This document shows, piece after piece, positions 8,990 through 18,478 of a stretch of DNA of 64,000 nucleotides. A program made the translations under genes and the position numbers. The notes below the pieces were generated by a model. The model searched no databases and was not told where the DNA came from. It saw nothing but the letters and a program-made list of their open reading frames with translations. How positions within the stretch are numbered: the first letter of the stretch is position 1; every line of letters begins with the position of its first letter. The DNA comes from Verrucomicrobiia bacterium (GTDB taxonomy: Bacteria > Verrucomicrobiota > Verrucomicrobiia > Limisphaerales > Palsa-1400): contig DASXZY010000009.1 of NCBI GenBank assembly GCA_036501625.1, positions 28,117-92,116 on the forward strand. Direction: 5' to 3'.

Positions 8990-11900
8990 TCAAGGCGTTT
9001 CCAGCAGGCGATAAAACCGGGCGGGGCTATGTTGCGTGTTCGTATCCGACAGGACGAAGGGCGACGAAGCGGGCGTGTTGGTGACGATCGAAGTCCACTG
9101 CGCCAAATTGGCGCTGACTTGGAGCACGTAATTGGAGCCAGCCGGGCCGGCGAATGTCATTTGGAAGGCGCCATTGCTGAACACCCCCGGAGTCAGGAAA
9201 AAGACGCCGGGCAGGATCGTGTAACTCTGCGTTCCCACGACGCTGTTGATGTAGCCGGGCGCGAAGGCGTTGGCGCTGACAGTCGCGCTGTTGGTCACCA
9301 GGAACGGGCCAGTGTAGAGCGCGGAACTGGGCGTCGGCAGGGAGCCATCCAGCGTGTAGTAGAGGGTGGCGTTGGTGGCGGGCGGTGTGATGGTGACGCT
9401 GACAAAGCCTTGATAGATGCCCCCAGCGGGCGAGACCGCCGGCGGCGGAAGGGCGGGCGGGCCGCCGAGGCTGTTGATCCATTGGGCCATCAACTGCACG
9501 GCGTTGGTGTCAATCAAATTGCGAGCCAGGGGCGGCATTTGGATGTTCGGGCTGACGATGTTCATCCGGTCGTAGAGGCTTGAGCGCCAGACATCGCCGG
9601 GCGTCACAATATCCACATTGTCGTAACCCAAATTGCCTTTGACCGCCGGGACGCCAATGATGTTCTGGCTGGCCAGCGGCGTGTCGTAACGGGCGTCGAA
9701 GGTCGGGCCGGTTCCGCCGGGTTGATGGCACTGCGCGCAATTGGCATCCAGATAGGAACGCGCGCGCTGAACCAAACTTGCGGAGGCATTGGTCACCGCG
9801 GAAAGCTGCTCAAAGCCAGCCAATTGAGATTCGTCGAAAGCCGGATAGAACAGCCCCGCGCGGTTCATGGCGCGCAACTCATTGTCGGTTACGCCGTTGG
9901 AATAAACCTGGGTGTTGTTCAACTGCCGCGTATTGAGGCCCAGCACATAATTGGCCGCCGGCGTATGGCATTGCAAACAATCGCTGGGGCTGGGGTAATA
10001 CCATGCCTGCGTAATGACGCCGCCGGGAGTTTGCACGGGGATCGCCTCGGTCAGGTTGCTGGAAAGCAGATCAGCGTCGCTGTTGTCCGCCCGCCATTTG
10101 TAGGTGACGCCATAGACCGCGCCATTGGTGTCGCGCACCAACAGGCGGGTTTCCAGTCGATGGAGAGAGGCCGGATCGCTTTGGTTGGTGAGCAATTCAA
10201 AAGTTTTGACAAAAATCGTCCCGGCCGGGAACGACCACGTGCCGGTGGGGGAGAACGCGATTTGCCCGGCCGGCGAATAGGGCGCGCCGGTATTGGGGAT
10301 GGACATGTAACGCACCTTCTGCGCGCCATCGGACCAGAGAGGCGTGTTGGGAACGTAAGGAATCAGCGTCGCGGCCGGGGCCATGGCGGGTGTGCTGGCA
10401 AAGACGCCTGTCCCCGACAATAAAAGAGGCAGCGGCCCGGTGAAAACCGGCGGCATGTTGTAAAAGGCCGGGGCCGGCGGATAATTCGTCAGCCCGTAAG
10501 CCGCTCCGCTGCCGGCATTGATCGTGATATTGACAGGCGCGGAGGTGGCGGACAGGCCCGTGGTATCCGAGGCGACCGCTGTCAAGACGTATTGGCCGGC
10601 TGCCAGGCCCGTTGTTGTCAAGACGTAGGGCAGATTGGTGATGGCGCCCACCGGGCTGCCGTTGATGTAAAAAGCCACCTGAGCGACGGCGTTGGACTGC
10701 GCCGCGGCCGTTGCAGCGAGCGTCATGGTGGCGTCGGCGGCCAAGGATGTGTTGGTGGGCGAGGTTATCACCACGACGGGCGGCGGATTGGAGACGGGAT
10801 AAAGCTGGGCTTGCGGCACGATGGCGAACGGTGTGGAAGGGCTGCTCCAGGACAACTGCGCGACGGCGTCGCCATTGGTGTGATAATAGTAATCCATCTG
10901 GATGTTGTAAATCTGTTGCGCGAGCATCGGGATGCTGGCGCTGGCCAGAGTGGGCGACTGGTTGCTCCAGCTATTGATGAGAAGCTGGCCGTTAATCCAC
11001 AGGCGGGCGCCGGTGTCGCTGAGCGTGGAGAAGGTGTAGGTTTCGTTATATTGCGGCTGCACGCATCCGGTCCATCTGACGCTGAAATTGCTCGAACCGA
11101 TGCTCGGATCCGGCGACGTGCCGGTCCAGTTGAAGTTGATGTCCGCATCGATCCGCGCGAGCGTGGCTGGCGGAACGAACGTGCCGATTTGATTGGAGAA
11201 ATACGAGCCAGCCAGTCCGAGTCCGCCGCCAGAGGCCGCGCTGTTGATGAAACCGGCGCTGGTCACGGCGCTGACGGAGCCGCCCAGACTGGCAATCACC
11301 TGCACGGTGGCAGCATTGGTCAGCGTAAACGGACTGGCGTACCGCGCGGAAAACACCGTCGGCGTTGTGCCGTCGGTTGTGTAGTAAAAGGCCGTGCCCG
11401 CGTCGGCGTCCGAAAAACTAACCGTCACTTGATTGGTGAAAATCCCGCCATTCGGGTTAATGGAAGGCGGGGGCAGGAATGCTCCCAAACCGTAAACCGT
11501 CAGTGTATATTGCCCGGCGACGTAGACCTTGCCGTTGACAATCGTTGGCGCGATAAACTTCACGGCGCCGCCGGCGGAATCCCGCACCGGGATTTGATCG
11601 CTGGAGTAGATTTTCTGCGTCAAATTGGCCGCTTTGTAGGCGCGCAAAACGCCGGAGGAAGCGGGCGTTTCGCCTCCGGCGTTGTAAATCGCCCAGGCGA
11701 TGGCATTGCTGGTTCCGTTGGCGGAAATGCAGACGGTCGCGCCGCCCTTGTTGTCATACCCATCGGGCGTTTCCACGGGTGCCGTGTTAAACAGCGCGTT
11801 GGTGATCGAATAGGCGGCCAGCCTGGAATTGTAGTCAATAATATACAGCCTGTTATTGTAAAAGGCGGGCGTGATGTCACGGTCTCCGCTGGGGCCTCCA

Positions 11901-14900
11901 TCGAATTGTTGCACGATTAGGTCCGTTCCGGGATTAAACCGCCCCATGTTATCCCGGTCCACTAGATAGATGGGCGAAGTCTTGCCGCCGCCGACGACCA
12001 GATGCCGATGCGCGGCGCTGCCGGCTGAATCGGGCAGCACAATGGGCGCGCTGGAGCCGAGGTCCTGGTCCGAGCCGCTCAAATTCACAGCATTGGAAGG
12101 CGTGAAGAAATCCGCCGCCGCGAGGCCGTTGGAGGTGGAGAATTTCAGCAAAGTCATGGCATAATTATTGGACGGAGTCAGATTGGCAATGCTATCGAAC
12201 GAGCCATTTCCGGTTTGCAGGTAGAAATTTCCTTGCGCGTCCACGGAAGGGCCGCCGCCGCCGTCCCAGAATCCGCCCTCGAAGCCATTGGGAGTGGGGT
12301 TATAGACGGAGGGGATGTTTGTGAAGTTGGTGGCGTTGTAGGCAAAAAGCCATCCGTGATACGGCTGGTTGTCTCCGTGCGAGGCGAAGGAGAGATAGAC
12401 CGTGCCGTTAAGGAGCGTCAATGCTGGGCGGCTGTGGAGTTTCAGCGGATTCCATAGCACATGGCTCGGATTCTGGCCGTCGTTGTCGCCATCGCCCGAC
12501 CCAGGATAATTGGTGCATTGAATGACGACGGGGCTGTGGAAATTGGTCCGTTCCAGGCCAGTCGTGATGTCCAGCGCGTGGAGGCGATGCACGTAAACGG
12601 CGGCGGAATTGCTCACCTCCGCCGTCTTGACCTCCACATAAAGCGTCCCGCTGGAAGCGTCAATGACCGGCGTGGCCGTGATGCCGATCGTTGGAGTGAT
12701 GTCCTGGCTTCCGGTAACGGAACTAGACACCGTCGTCACTCCCGCCGCCGGATTCAGGAAACTCGTTTGCCAGAGCGGGTTGGCGTTTGGCCCTTCGTTG
12801 CTGTCCGCGTCAAACGCATAGACGCTGTCGTTTTCCGTGGCCACAAAAACGACGTTATGCAGGCCCTTGCCGGGGACGATGACATTGGTCATGACCAGCG
12901 GCTGCGCGTAAACGAAACCATCGACGTTGTAAGTGAAGAGCGCGCCGAAAGTATTCGTATTGACGTTGGCGAGAGTCAGTTGTGTCTCGTTGGTGTTGGC
13001 GCCGTCGCGGGCGTTGTCGTTGTGATAGGTCAGCATCGGAACGCCGGTGGAAGGAGGATTGGCCGCCAGCGTCGTGAACGAGAACGACGGCGCGGACCAG
13101 GTTGCGCCCTGGCTGTTGCTGGCTTGGGCGGTGAAATGATAAGCCGTGCTGGGAGTTAGATTGGGGACGGTGACAGCCGCGTAACCGCCTTCCAGTCCCA
13201 GATTGATGCTTGAAGCCCAATTGGCGGCATTGGTCCCGCCATCGGACGGGCCGTAAAAGATCGTTACGACGGGAGTCAGTCCGCCGGTGCTGAGAACCTG
13301 CGCCGCCAGAGTCGCGCTGGTGCCGGCGATATTGGCAGCGGGCAGGTTGGTAACGCGGGCGGTCGTTACGCTCGGAGTGGTGAAAATTTGCGGTGGCCTG
13401 GCCCAGGAAAAGCCGGCGATGTTATCGGCCTGGACGCTGGCGTAGTAGGTCACGCCGGGGGAGAGATTGCTCACGATCTGGCTGAAGGCGCTGCTTTCGT
13501 AGCCGAGCGAGACGCTGTTGGACCAGGCTGCCGAGTTTGTGCCGCCATCGGCCGGCCCGTAGAAAATGCGAGCAGTCGGCACGTAGCCGCCAGTCGATTG
13601 CACGCCACCGCCGAGAATGGCGGAAGTCGCTTGGATTTGCGACGGCTGGGAGTTAGTCACCACGGCCAGCGAAAAGGAATTGGTGCCGCTGACGAGGCCG
13701 CTGACCGCGTAAATAGCCGTCGCGCCGGCGCCAGGAGCTTCGGCAAAGTCCAGGCTGACGAGCGTTTTGCTGGACGCGCCGATGGCCCCCAGATCGATGG
13801 TGGTTTGGTAAAAGCGCGGGTCGGTCGGGCCGCCCTGTGCCCCGCCGCCGCCAATGTCGATGCGATCCACGCCTTGCAAGGCGAAGCCGGGATTGAAAAA
13901 CCAGTCCGCCGCGTCGTAGTTCGTTGTAAATGTGCTGCCGTCCGCAAAGCGCAGCGTGACCGTTCCCACGCTCGTCGGGGAGGCGCTGGCCGAGTTGGCC
14001 AAAATGGCGATGCTCGAATACTCGGCCGGGCCAAGCAAGGTTAGCGCGCCCTCATTGATGCCGGTCTCGCCGCTCATGACCAGGGCGTTGTTGCCGGTGT
14101 AGGGCTGAAACTGGAATTGCGTCAAATCGATGACACTGTTGAAAATGCCCGAAGCCGGCAGTCCGTAGGTTGTCCCCGGCAATCCTTGCTGGTAGAAGCA
14201 GGTGCCTTCGCCAGGATTAAATTCCGAAGCAGCGCTGGAATAAGGCGGGCCGACTGCGTTGCTCTCGATGACAATGTCCCGATTGTATCCTGTCAACGCG
14301 ATGGGCGAGTTGGGCGCGATGACGATGATGCTGGCCGTGCTGCTGGCGGACCCGTTGGCGTTCGCGGCGGTGACTTGAACGCTGGTCAAACTCGTCGAGG
14401 CCGATGGGACGGTATAGTTGAAATTGGTGGCGCCCGCCACGAGCACGCCGTTGGTATGCCACGAGTAGGAAATCGTGCCGGGGCCGTCGAACAAGCCCGT
14501 AAATGTGGGGGAGGAATCGACCAGAACGGTGATGTCGTTGAGCGGACGCGTCAGCACTGGGGCGGTGTGTGGCGTATAAACGAGGAAGTCATCGAAGGCG
14601 CTGATGCCGGCATCGTTGTAGGCCCGCACGCCCGGCCAGACGGCTGTGTTGCTGGCGATGTTCAGCGCGAAATGATCGGAAACGGTCGAGAACGTAATAA
14701 GGTTGGCGCCTGGCTCAAGGCCGTTGGTTCCGTAATCAAAGAGCGCGCAACTGGCTTCGAGAAAGCCCGTGGCGCCGGTCGAATTGGTCATGTGAACCAC
14801 AAATTTGTACCAGTGGCCGGCTGTTACCGTCACGCCGCCAAAGCTTGGGCTGCTCACGGTGACATTGTTGGTTCGGTACTGCTCGAAGATGGCCCACGAC

Positions 14901-15343
14901 GCAGGGCCGGCAGGGACGAAACGATAGGTTTCAAAGGACGCGCCGGGGTTGGAGTTGAAGCCATTGGTGGTGGAATTGAGAACGCCCACCTGGACTTTGT
15001 CCCCGCTGTTCAGGCCGTCCGCGTAAACGAGCATGGAGACAGAAACCGAGGCGCCGTTGGTTGCCAAATTCCAACTGCCGCTCTTGTAAATCGCCGTGGT
15101 GTCGTTGTTTTGGTAAACCGCCACGCCCCCGCCGCCCCCAACGCCGTCCGTGGTATTCTCTTCAAAGGAATAATTGCCGCCGTTGGCTCCATTGCCGTTG
15201 TCATTCCAGGGACTGAAATTGTTGGTGTATTGGCCGATGGTGTCAAAATTCAGAAACGCGGTCTGGGCCTTTGCCACTCCCGCGGCTAAAGTGAGCGCCA
15301 GAAGAAATGCGCGGCCCGACAAGGGAAAAGTCAGCTTAGGCAT
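8990..15343 (-). CDS. Giant secreted multidomain protein (2117 aa from MPKLTF; 2155 aa in the track). It has beta-propeller-like regions, a PA14-like domain, chitobiase/hexosaminidase C-terminal-like modules, two CxxCH heme-binding motifs and the shared C-terminal module.
   Basis: Signal peptide MPKLTFPLSGRAFLLALTLAAGVAKAQT at 15343. PA14-like segment (GLAGSYFSN...FSVRWTGCVQPQYNETYTFSTLSDTGARLWINGQLLINSW). Two FYYTTDGTTPT / LYYTLDGSLPTPSS modules. CLQCH and CAQCH at roughly 9725-9975. C-terminus is ...SNYVLQVSANLAQWTSIVTN...ARFYRLLETP. Confidence 0.85.
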   Translation of the reverse strand: MPKLTFPLSGRAFLLALTLAAGVAKAQTAFLNFDTIGQYTNNFSPWNDNGNGANGGNYSFEENTTDGVGGGGGVAVYQNNDTTAIYKSGSWNLATNGASVSVSMLVYADGLNSGDKVQVGVLNSTTNGFNSNPGASFETYRFVPAGPASWAIFEQYRTNNVTVSSPSFGGVTVTAGHWYKFVVHMTNSTGATGFLEASCALFDYGTNGLEPGANLITFSTVSDHFALNIASNTAVWPGVRAYNDAGISAFDDFLVYTPHTAPVLTRPLNDITVLVDSSPTFTGLFDGPGTISYSWHTNGVLVAGATNFNYTVPSASTSLTSVQVTAANANGSASSTASIIVIAPNSPIALTGYNRDIVIESNAVGPPYSSAASEFNPGEGTCFYQQGLPGTTYGLPASGIFNSVIDLTQFQFQPYTGNNALVMSGETGINEGALTLLGPAEYSSIAILANSASASPTSVGTVTLRFADGSTFTTNYDAADWFFNPGFALQGVDRIDIGGGGAQGGPTDPRFYQTTIDLGAIGASSKTLVSLDFAEAPGAGATAIYAVSGLVSGTNSFSLAVVTNSQPSQIQATSAILGGGVQSTGGYVPTARIFYGPADGGTNSAAWSNSVSLGYESSAFSQIVSNLSPGVTYYASVQADNIAGFSWARPPQIFTTPSVTTARVTNLPAANIAGTSATLAAQVLSTGGLTPVVTIFYGPSDGGTNAANWASSINLGLEGGYAAVTVPNLTPSTAYHFTAQASNSQGATWSAPSFSFTTLAANPPSTGVPMLTYHNDNARDGANTNETQLTLANVNTNTFGALFTYNVDGFVYAQPLVMTNVIVPGKGLHNVVFVATENDSVYAFDADSNEGPNANPLWQTSFLNPAAGVTTVSSSVTGSQDITPTIGITATPVIDASSGTLYVEVKTAEVSNSAAVYVHRLHALDITTGLERTNFHSPVVIQCTNYPGSGDGDNDGQNPSHVLWNPLKLHSRPALTLLNGTVYLSFASHGDNQPYHGWLFAYNATNFTNIPSVYNPTPNGFEGGFWDGGGGPSVDAQGNFYLQTGNGSFDSIANLTPSNNYAMTLLKFSTSNGLAAADFFTPSNAVNLSGSDQDLGSSAPIVLPDSAGSAAHRHLVVGGGKTSPIYLVDRDNMGRFNPGTDLIVQQFDGGPSGDRDITPAFYNNRLYIIDYNSRLAAYSITNALFNTAPVETPDGYDNKGGATVCISANGTSNAIAWAIYNAGGETPASSGVLRAYKAANLTQKIYSSDQIPVRDSAGGAVKFIAPTIVNGKVYVAGQYTLTVYGLGAFLPPPSINPNGGIFTNQVTVSFSDADAGTAFYYTTDGTTPTVFSARYASPFTLTNAATVQVIASLGGSVSAVTSAGFINSAASGGGLGLAGSYFSNQIGTFVPPATLARIDADINFNWTGTSPDPSIGSSNFSVRWTGCVQPQYNETYTFSTLSDTGARLWINGQLLINSWSNQSPTLASASIPMLAQQIYNIQMDYYYHTNGDAVAQLSWSSPSTPFAIVPQAQLYPVSNPPPVVVITSPTNTSLAADATMTLAATAAAQSNAVAQVAFYINGSPVGAITNLPYVLTTTGLAAGQYVLTAVASDTTGLSATSAPVNITINAGSGAAYGLTNYPPAPAFYNMPPVFTGPLPLLLSGTGVFASTPAMAPAATLIPYVPNTPLWSDGAQKVRYMSIPNTGAPYSPAGQIAFSPTGTWSFPAGTIFVKTFELLTNQSDPASLHRLETRLLVRDTNGAVYGVTYKWRADNSDADLLSSNLTEAIPVQTPGGVITQAWYYPSPSDCLQCHTPAANYVLGLNTRQLNNTQVYSNGVTDNELRAMNRAGLFYPAFDESQLAGFEQLSAVTNASASLVQRARSYLDANCAQCHQPGGTGPTFDARYDTPLASQNIIGVPAVKGNLGYDNVDIVTPGDVWRSSLYDRMNIVSPNIQMPPLARNLIDTNAVQLMAQWINSLGGPPALPPPAVSPAGGIYQGFVSVTITPPATNATLYYTLDGSLPTPSSALYTGPFLVTNSATVSANAFAPGYINSVVGTQSYTILPGVFFLTPGVFSNGAFQMTFAGPAGSNYVLQVSANLAQWTSIVTNTPASSPFVLSDTNTQHSPARFYRLLETP

Positions 15344-15495
15344 AGAATCCTTGGAACATGCACTTTCGAGTATGCCACTTTCAGGGCAAACCGCAAGTGA
15401 TTCAGATGGTTTGCGGATTTGGCCCGGATTGGCTGATGACAGGAGGCCACACTCCAATCAATGCGGGTCCGCCAATGCCCGCATCCCCGTCGGGA

Positions 15496-15800
15496 CTAAA
15501 AAGGGCCGAGGGAGATCGGGCCGGTCTCTTTATCGGACGCGCTCCAATACCCGTAACCGGCGCCACTCACAATCAGGCCCTTAAAAGTGGAAGGCTTGCC
15601 ATTGTCGGGATTGGCGAAAGTGCCGGACAACGCCCCGGTTAAGGGCAAAAGGTTGATGCTGAGTTTATCCACTTTGTTTGGGTTAGTGAAGGTGAGTTTG
15701 CCGGGATTGAACGCAACTGGAATGTCCACTTCCTTCGGCAGATTCACATTGGTGCAACCGGGATCAATCTCAAAAATCGGCGTGGTGGCGGCGAGGCTAT
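15496..15800 (-). pseudogene. Fragment paralogous to the C-terminal ~100 aa of the adjacent 783-aa secreted protein
   Basis: ...PIFEIDPGCTNVNLPKEVDIPVAFNPGKLTFTNPNKVDKLSINLLPLTGALSGTFANPDNGKPSTFKGLIVSGAGYGYW... versus 15845-gene ...PIVQFAPGNTAPDVAEMNVPVLFNTKNSTFSIPNNVNKLSVNLNPATGAFSGAVYG...QGLIVNGTGYGYW. The only in-frame start is a GTG and there is no N-terminal body. Confidence 0.4.
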
Positions 15801-15844
15801 CTTAGAATTTCAGGACAGGGCCGGGCACTCAAATAGGTTCCTGA

Positions 15845-18196
15845 TTATGGGCCTGCAGGAGCCGCGATAATCATTGATACGATGGCGCCGTAGGCGTCAG
15901 TCCAATACCCATAGCCAGTCCCGTTCACGATCAATCCCTGGTAGGTGTCAAACTTTTGGAAGAGCAATCCATAGACGGCGCCGGAGAATGCTCCAGTCGC
16001 GGGGTTCAGGTTAACGCTCAATTTATTCACGTTATTTGGAATACTGAACGTGGAGTTTTTCGTATTGAAGAGGACTGGAACGTTCATTTCCGCCACGTCA
16101 GGGGCAGTATTACCGGGAGCGAACTGAACAATCGGCGCAGTGGTGGTGAGAATGTTGGCGCCCGGCTTGGGGGCCAGGTAAAGACCGCCTGACAAGGCTG
16201 GCAGCGCGGCGAATCCATAATAATAGTTGTCGGGAGAACCCGGAACCTCCACCCAATAGGCGGCCGTTGTGTTCATGGCCCCAGAGCCATTTGTGGCAAA
16301 CCGCAGCCAGCCAAGGATGACGCCGCCGCCGCCGACAAGAGAGGCGTAAAAGGGGCAGGCGCCATCCCGGGCCAGGGCACTGCCAACTGTGATCTCCGGC
16401 AGCGAACCTTCAGCTAGCCTGAGCGACATCGTGACGGAACCGCTCTTGCTGACGGTGGCAGTTCCGAAACTGTAGCCACCGGGGCCATTATTTGGATCGG
16501 CGGACGGCGGGGCGATAACAAAATTGTAATGTCCCGGCAGGATGTTGGTGTTGTAATGGGTAGCTTCTCCCTGGATTTCGGCCGTGCCGATAAAGTTAGT
16601 CCCAAAGGCGTCGCTAAAAGAAGTCACAACGCCACTTAACAAGCCGGCCTCGGCATCCGTGGCAATTCGCAGCGTCAGTTGAAGGCAAGTCTGCCCGGAT
16701 AGCTTCATCAACGGCAACTCCGCCTCCGCATACGAACCGTCCGCGGACTCCGATAGCTGCCCCGAGAATGGATAGGCAAAAGCGAAGCGGCTGGCATTGT
16801 AGAGCCGCCCGGAAAAGGCCCCGGTCTTGGTGACTGAGAGCATTAGATAGCCGTCATCGAAGACTTGCGTGTTGTTGGTGGTATCAAAGTAGAGGCCGGT
16901 GTAGGCGCCGGCCAGGCTGGCATTAGCGAAAGGGTTAGGGACGAAAACCGCGGTCAAAGCGGGCGGCGCGCTGTTCGTCAGCGTTACATTTTCATCAAGA
17001 AAGTCAAATCTGGCGCTGGATGAAAGCACATGACCGGAGCCATCGGTCCATCCGGAAAATATCCAATCGTTGCCAGCGGGCGCGGCTGAAACGGGGTAGC
17101 CACGGCCCACACGCAGGATCTGGCCGTTCCTGATGCCCGTGATTTTCCCCGCGTTGGGCGGAGACACCGAGACCGCGGCAATGTTGGTTTCCACCCAATA
17201 ATAGGTGCGAGAAACCGCAGTCCGGGCGCCATCCCCATTTTGGGCAATGACGGTAACTATATTCGTGCCAGGATGTCCTGTGGCGCTCATGTCCACATCC
17301 GCCGTCCATGCCAGCGAAGCGGCCGGCAATAAAGAGTCCTGGTCGATCGAAATAAGATTATTAGTGTCGCCATTTACGAAGCACTCGACATTTGTGATAA
17401 AACTGCTGTCGCTGGCGGTTCCCTCCAGGGCGATGATGGGATTGGTGTCATAAGCCATGAAGCCGGATGCCGGAGAAGCGATGCTTAGCTTTGGGGGAGT
17501 GAAGTCAGCCGTGCCAGTAATGCAGCCGGCTTCCAGCGGAGTGGACCCGCCGCCTGGTATGTTGTCTTCGGTCTCCTTGTTATAGCCCTTTACGGACACG
17601 TACGTGTTATCATAAGTAAAGACACCGCCGCCGTTTAATGAATTATCCAGCGTCAGGCTGACTTCGTAAAAGCCAGTAATAGCGAAATTTGTTGGCTTCC
17701 CGGTTGAATAACTCTCGAACAGCCCGGATTCACCCAGACAATCGCCCCACACGTTGGCGGTTACTGAAATCGTGTCATTCGTCCAAACGACCTTCACAGT
17801 TCCGTAGTCTTCGAATTGGCCGGATACCGGGTCCTCAATGCCGCTAAGGAAACTATATATGGCAAAATTCTGGCCCGGCGTATAATCCGCGCGGCCCAGA
17901 ATTTCCTGGTCGATGACGCCGCTCATCTGCCCGGCAGGTCCGATGTTGAAACTCACGGCGGTATAATAGCCGAGCTGGCTCAGATCGAACCCGTTGACGG
18001 GGACGGTCATAGTGGCGCTGAATGAACCGGCCGTTTCGATGCCATAGCTTCCATACAGCCAATTATAAGTTCCCAACATTTGCCAGCTATCGCTGAAACT
18101 CAACCGGGGCGCCGCCCCAGCGCCGAAGGCCAGCGTGAAGCAAAGAGCTATTGAGGCGGCGATTTTCGCAATAGGCACAGCCGCAGAGTCTTTCAC
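15845..18196 (-). CDS. Secreted protein of unknown function (783 aa)
   Basis: Signal peptide MKDSAAVPIAKIAASIALCFTLAFGAGAAP. Long ORF with a Gly/Ser/Thr/Asn-rich beta-like composition and a strong coding signal. No recognisable catalytic motif. Confidence 0.7.
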   Translation of the reverse strand: MKDSAAVPIAKIAASIALCFTLAFGAGAAPRLSFSDSWQMLGTYNWLYGSYGIETAGSFSATMTVPVNGFDLSQLGYYTAVSFNIGPAGQMSGVIDQEILGRADYTPGQNFAIYSFLSGIEDPVSGQFEDYGTVKVVWTNDTISVTANVWGDCLGESGLFESYSTGKPTNFAITGFYEVSLTLDNSLNGGGVFTYDNTYVSVKGYNKETEDNIPGGGSTPLEAGCITGTADFTPPKLSIASPASGFMAYDTNPIIALEGTASDSSFITNVECFVNGDTNNLISIDQDSLLPAASLAWTADVDMSATGHPGTNIVTVIAQNGDGARTAVSRTYYWVETNIAAVSVSPPNAGKITGIRNGQILRVGRGYPVSAAPAGNDWIFSGWTDGSGHVLSSSARFDFLDENVTLTNSAPPALTAVFVPNPFANASLAGAYTGLYFDTTNNTQVFDDGYLMLSVTKTGAFSGRLYNASRFAFAYPFSGQLSESADGSYAEAELPLMKLSGQTCLQLTLRIATDAEAGLLSGVVTSFSDAFGTNFIGTAEIQGEATHYNTNILPGHYNFVIAPPSADPNNGPGGYSFGTATVSKSGSVTMSLRLAEGSLPEITVGSALARDGACPFYASLVGGGGVILGWLRFATNGSGAMNTTAAYWVEVPGSPDNYYYGFAALPALSGGLYLAPKPGANILTTTAPIVQFAPGNTAPDVAEMNVPVLFNTKNSTFSIPNNVNKLSVNLNPATGAFSGAVYGLLFQKFDTYQGLIVNGTGYGYWTDAYGAIVSMIIAAPAGP

Positions 18197-18478
18197 ATTC
18201 GCTCCGGCCTGTCAACCGGGCCACTGAGTTTTTGCCAGGCCTCTTTTTCAAACTGTCACGATACCAATTGGAATCACGGCCCGGAAAAGTCGGAAATCTC
18301 GGCGCCTTCGCCTCTCTGCGCGTCCAACTCTTCGCTGAGTTCCATTTTAGGCAGCGTTTTCACGCAGTGATTTCAAGGCGCCCCTCTTTTTCGATTTTTT
18401 CATGTTGGGGCGATTTTTTCACTGCAATTTCCGCGGAGCGGCTTATATTGTTTCCACGCCCAAACCTGAATTAATATT

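Noticed and set aside
10592-11920. 442-aa plus-strand ORF, and many others (9722..10423, 12461..13159, 13388..14044, 14117..15289), inside the 2117-aa gene
   Set aside because: They are Arg/Gly/Ala-rich translations antisense to a strongly supported giant CDS. They are GC-driven artefacts.
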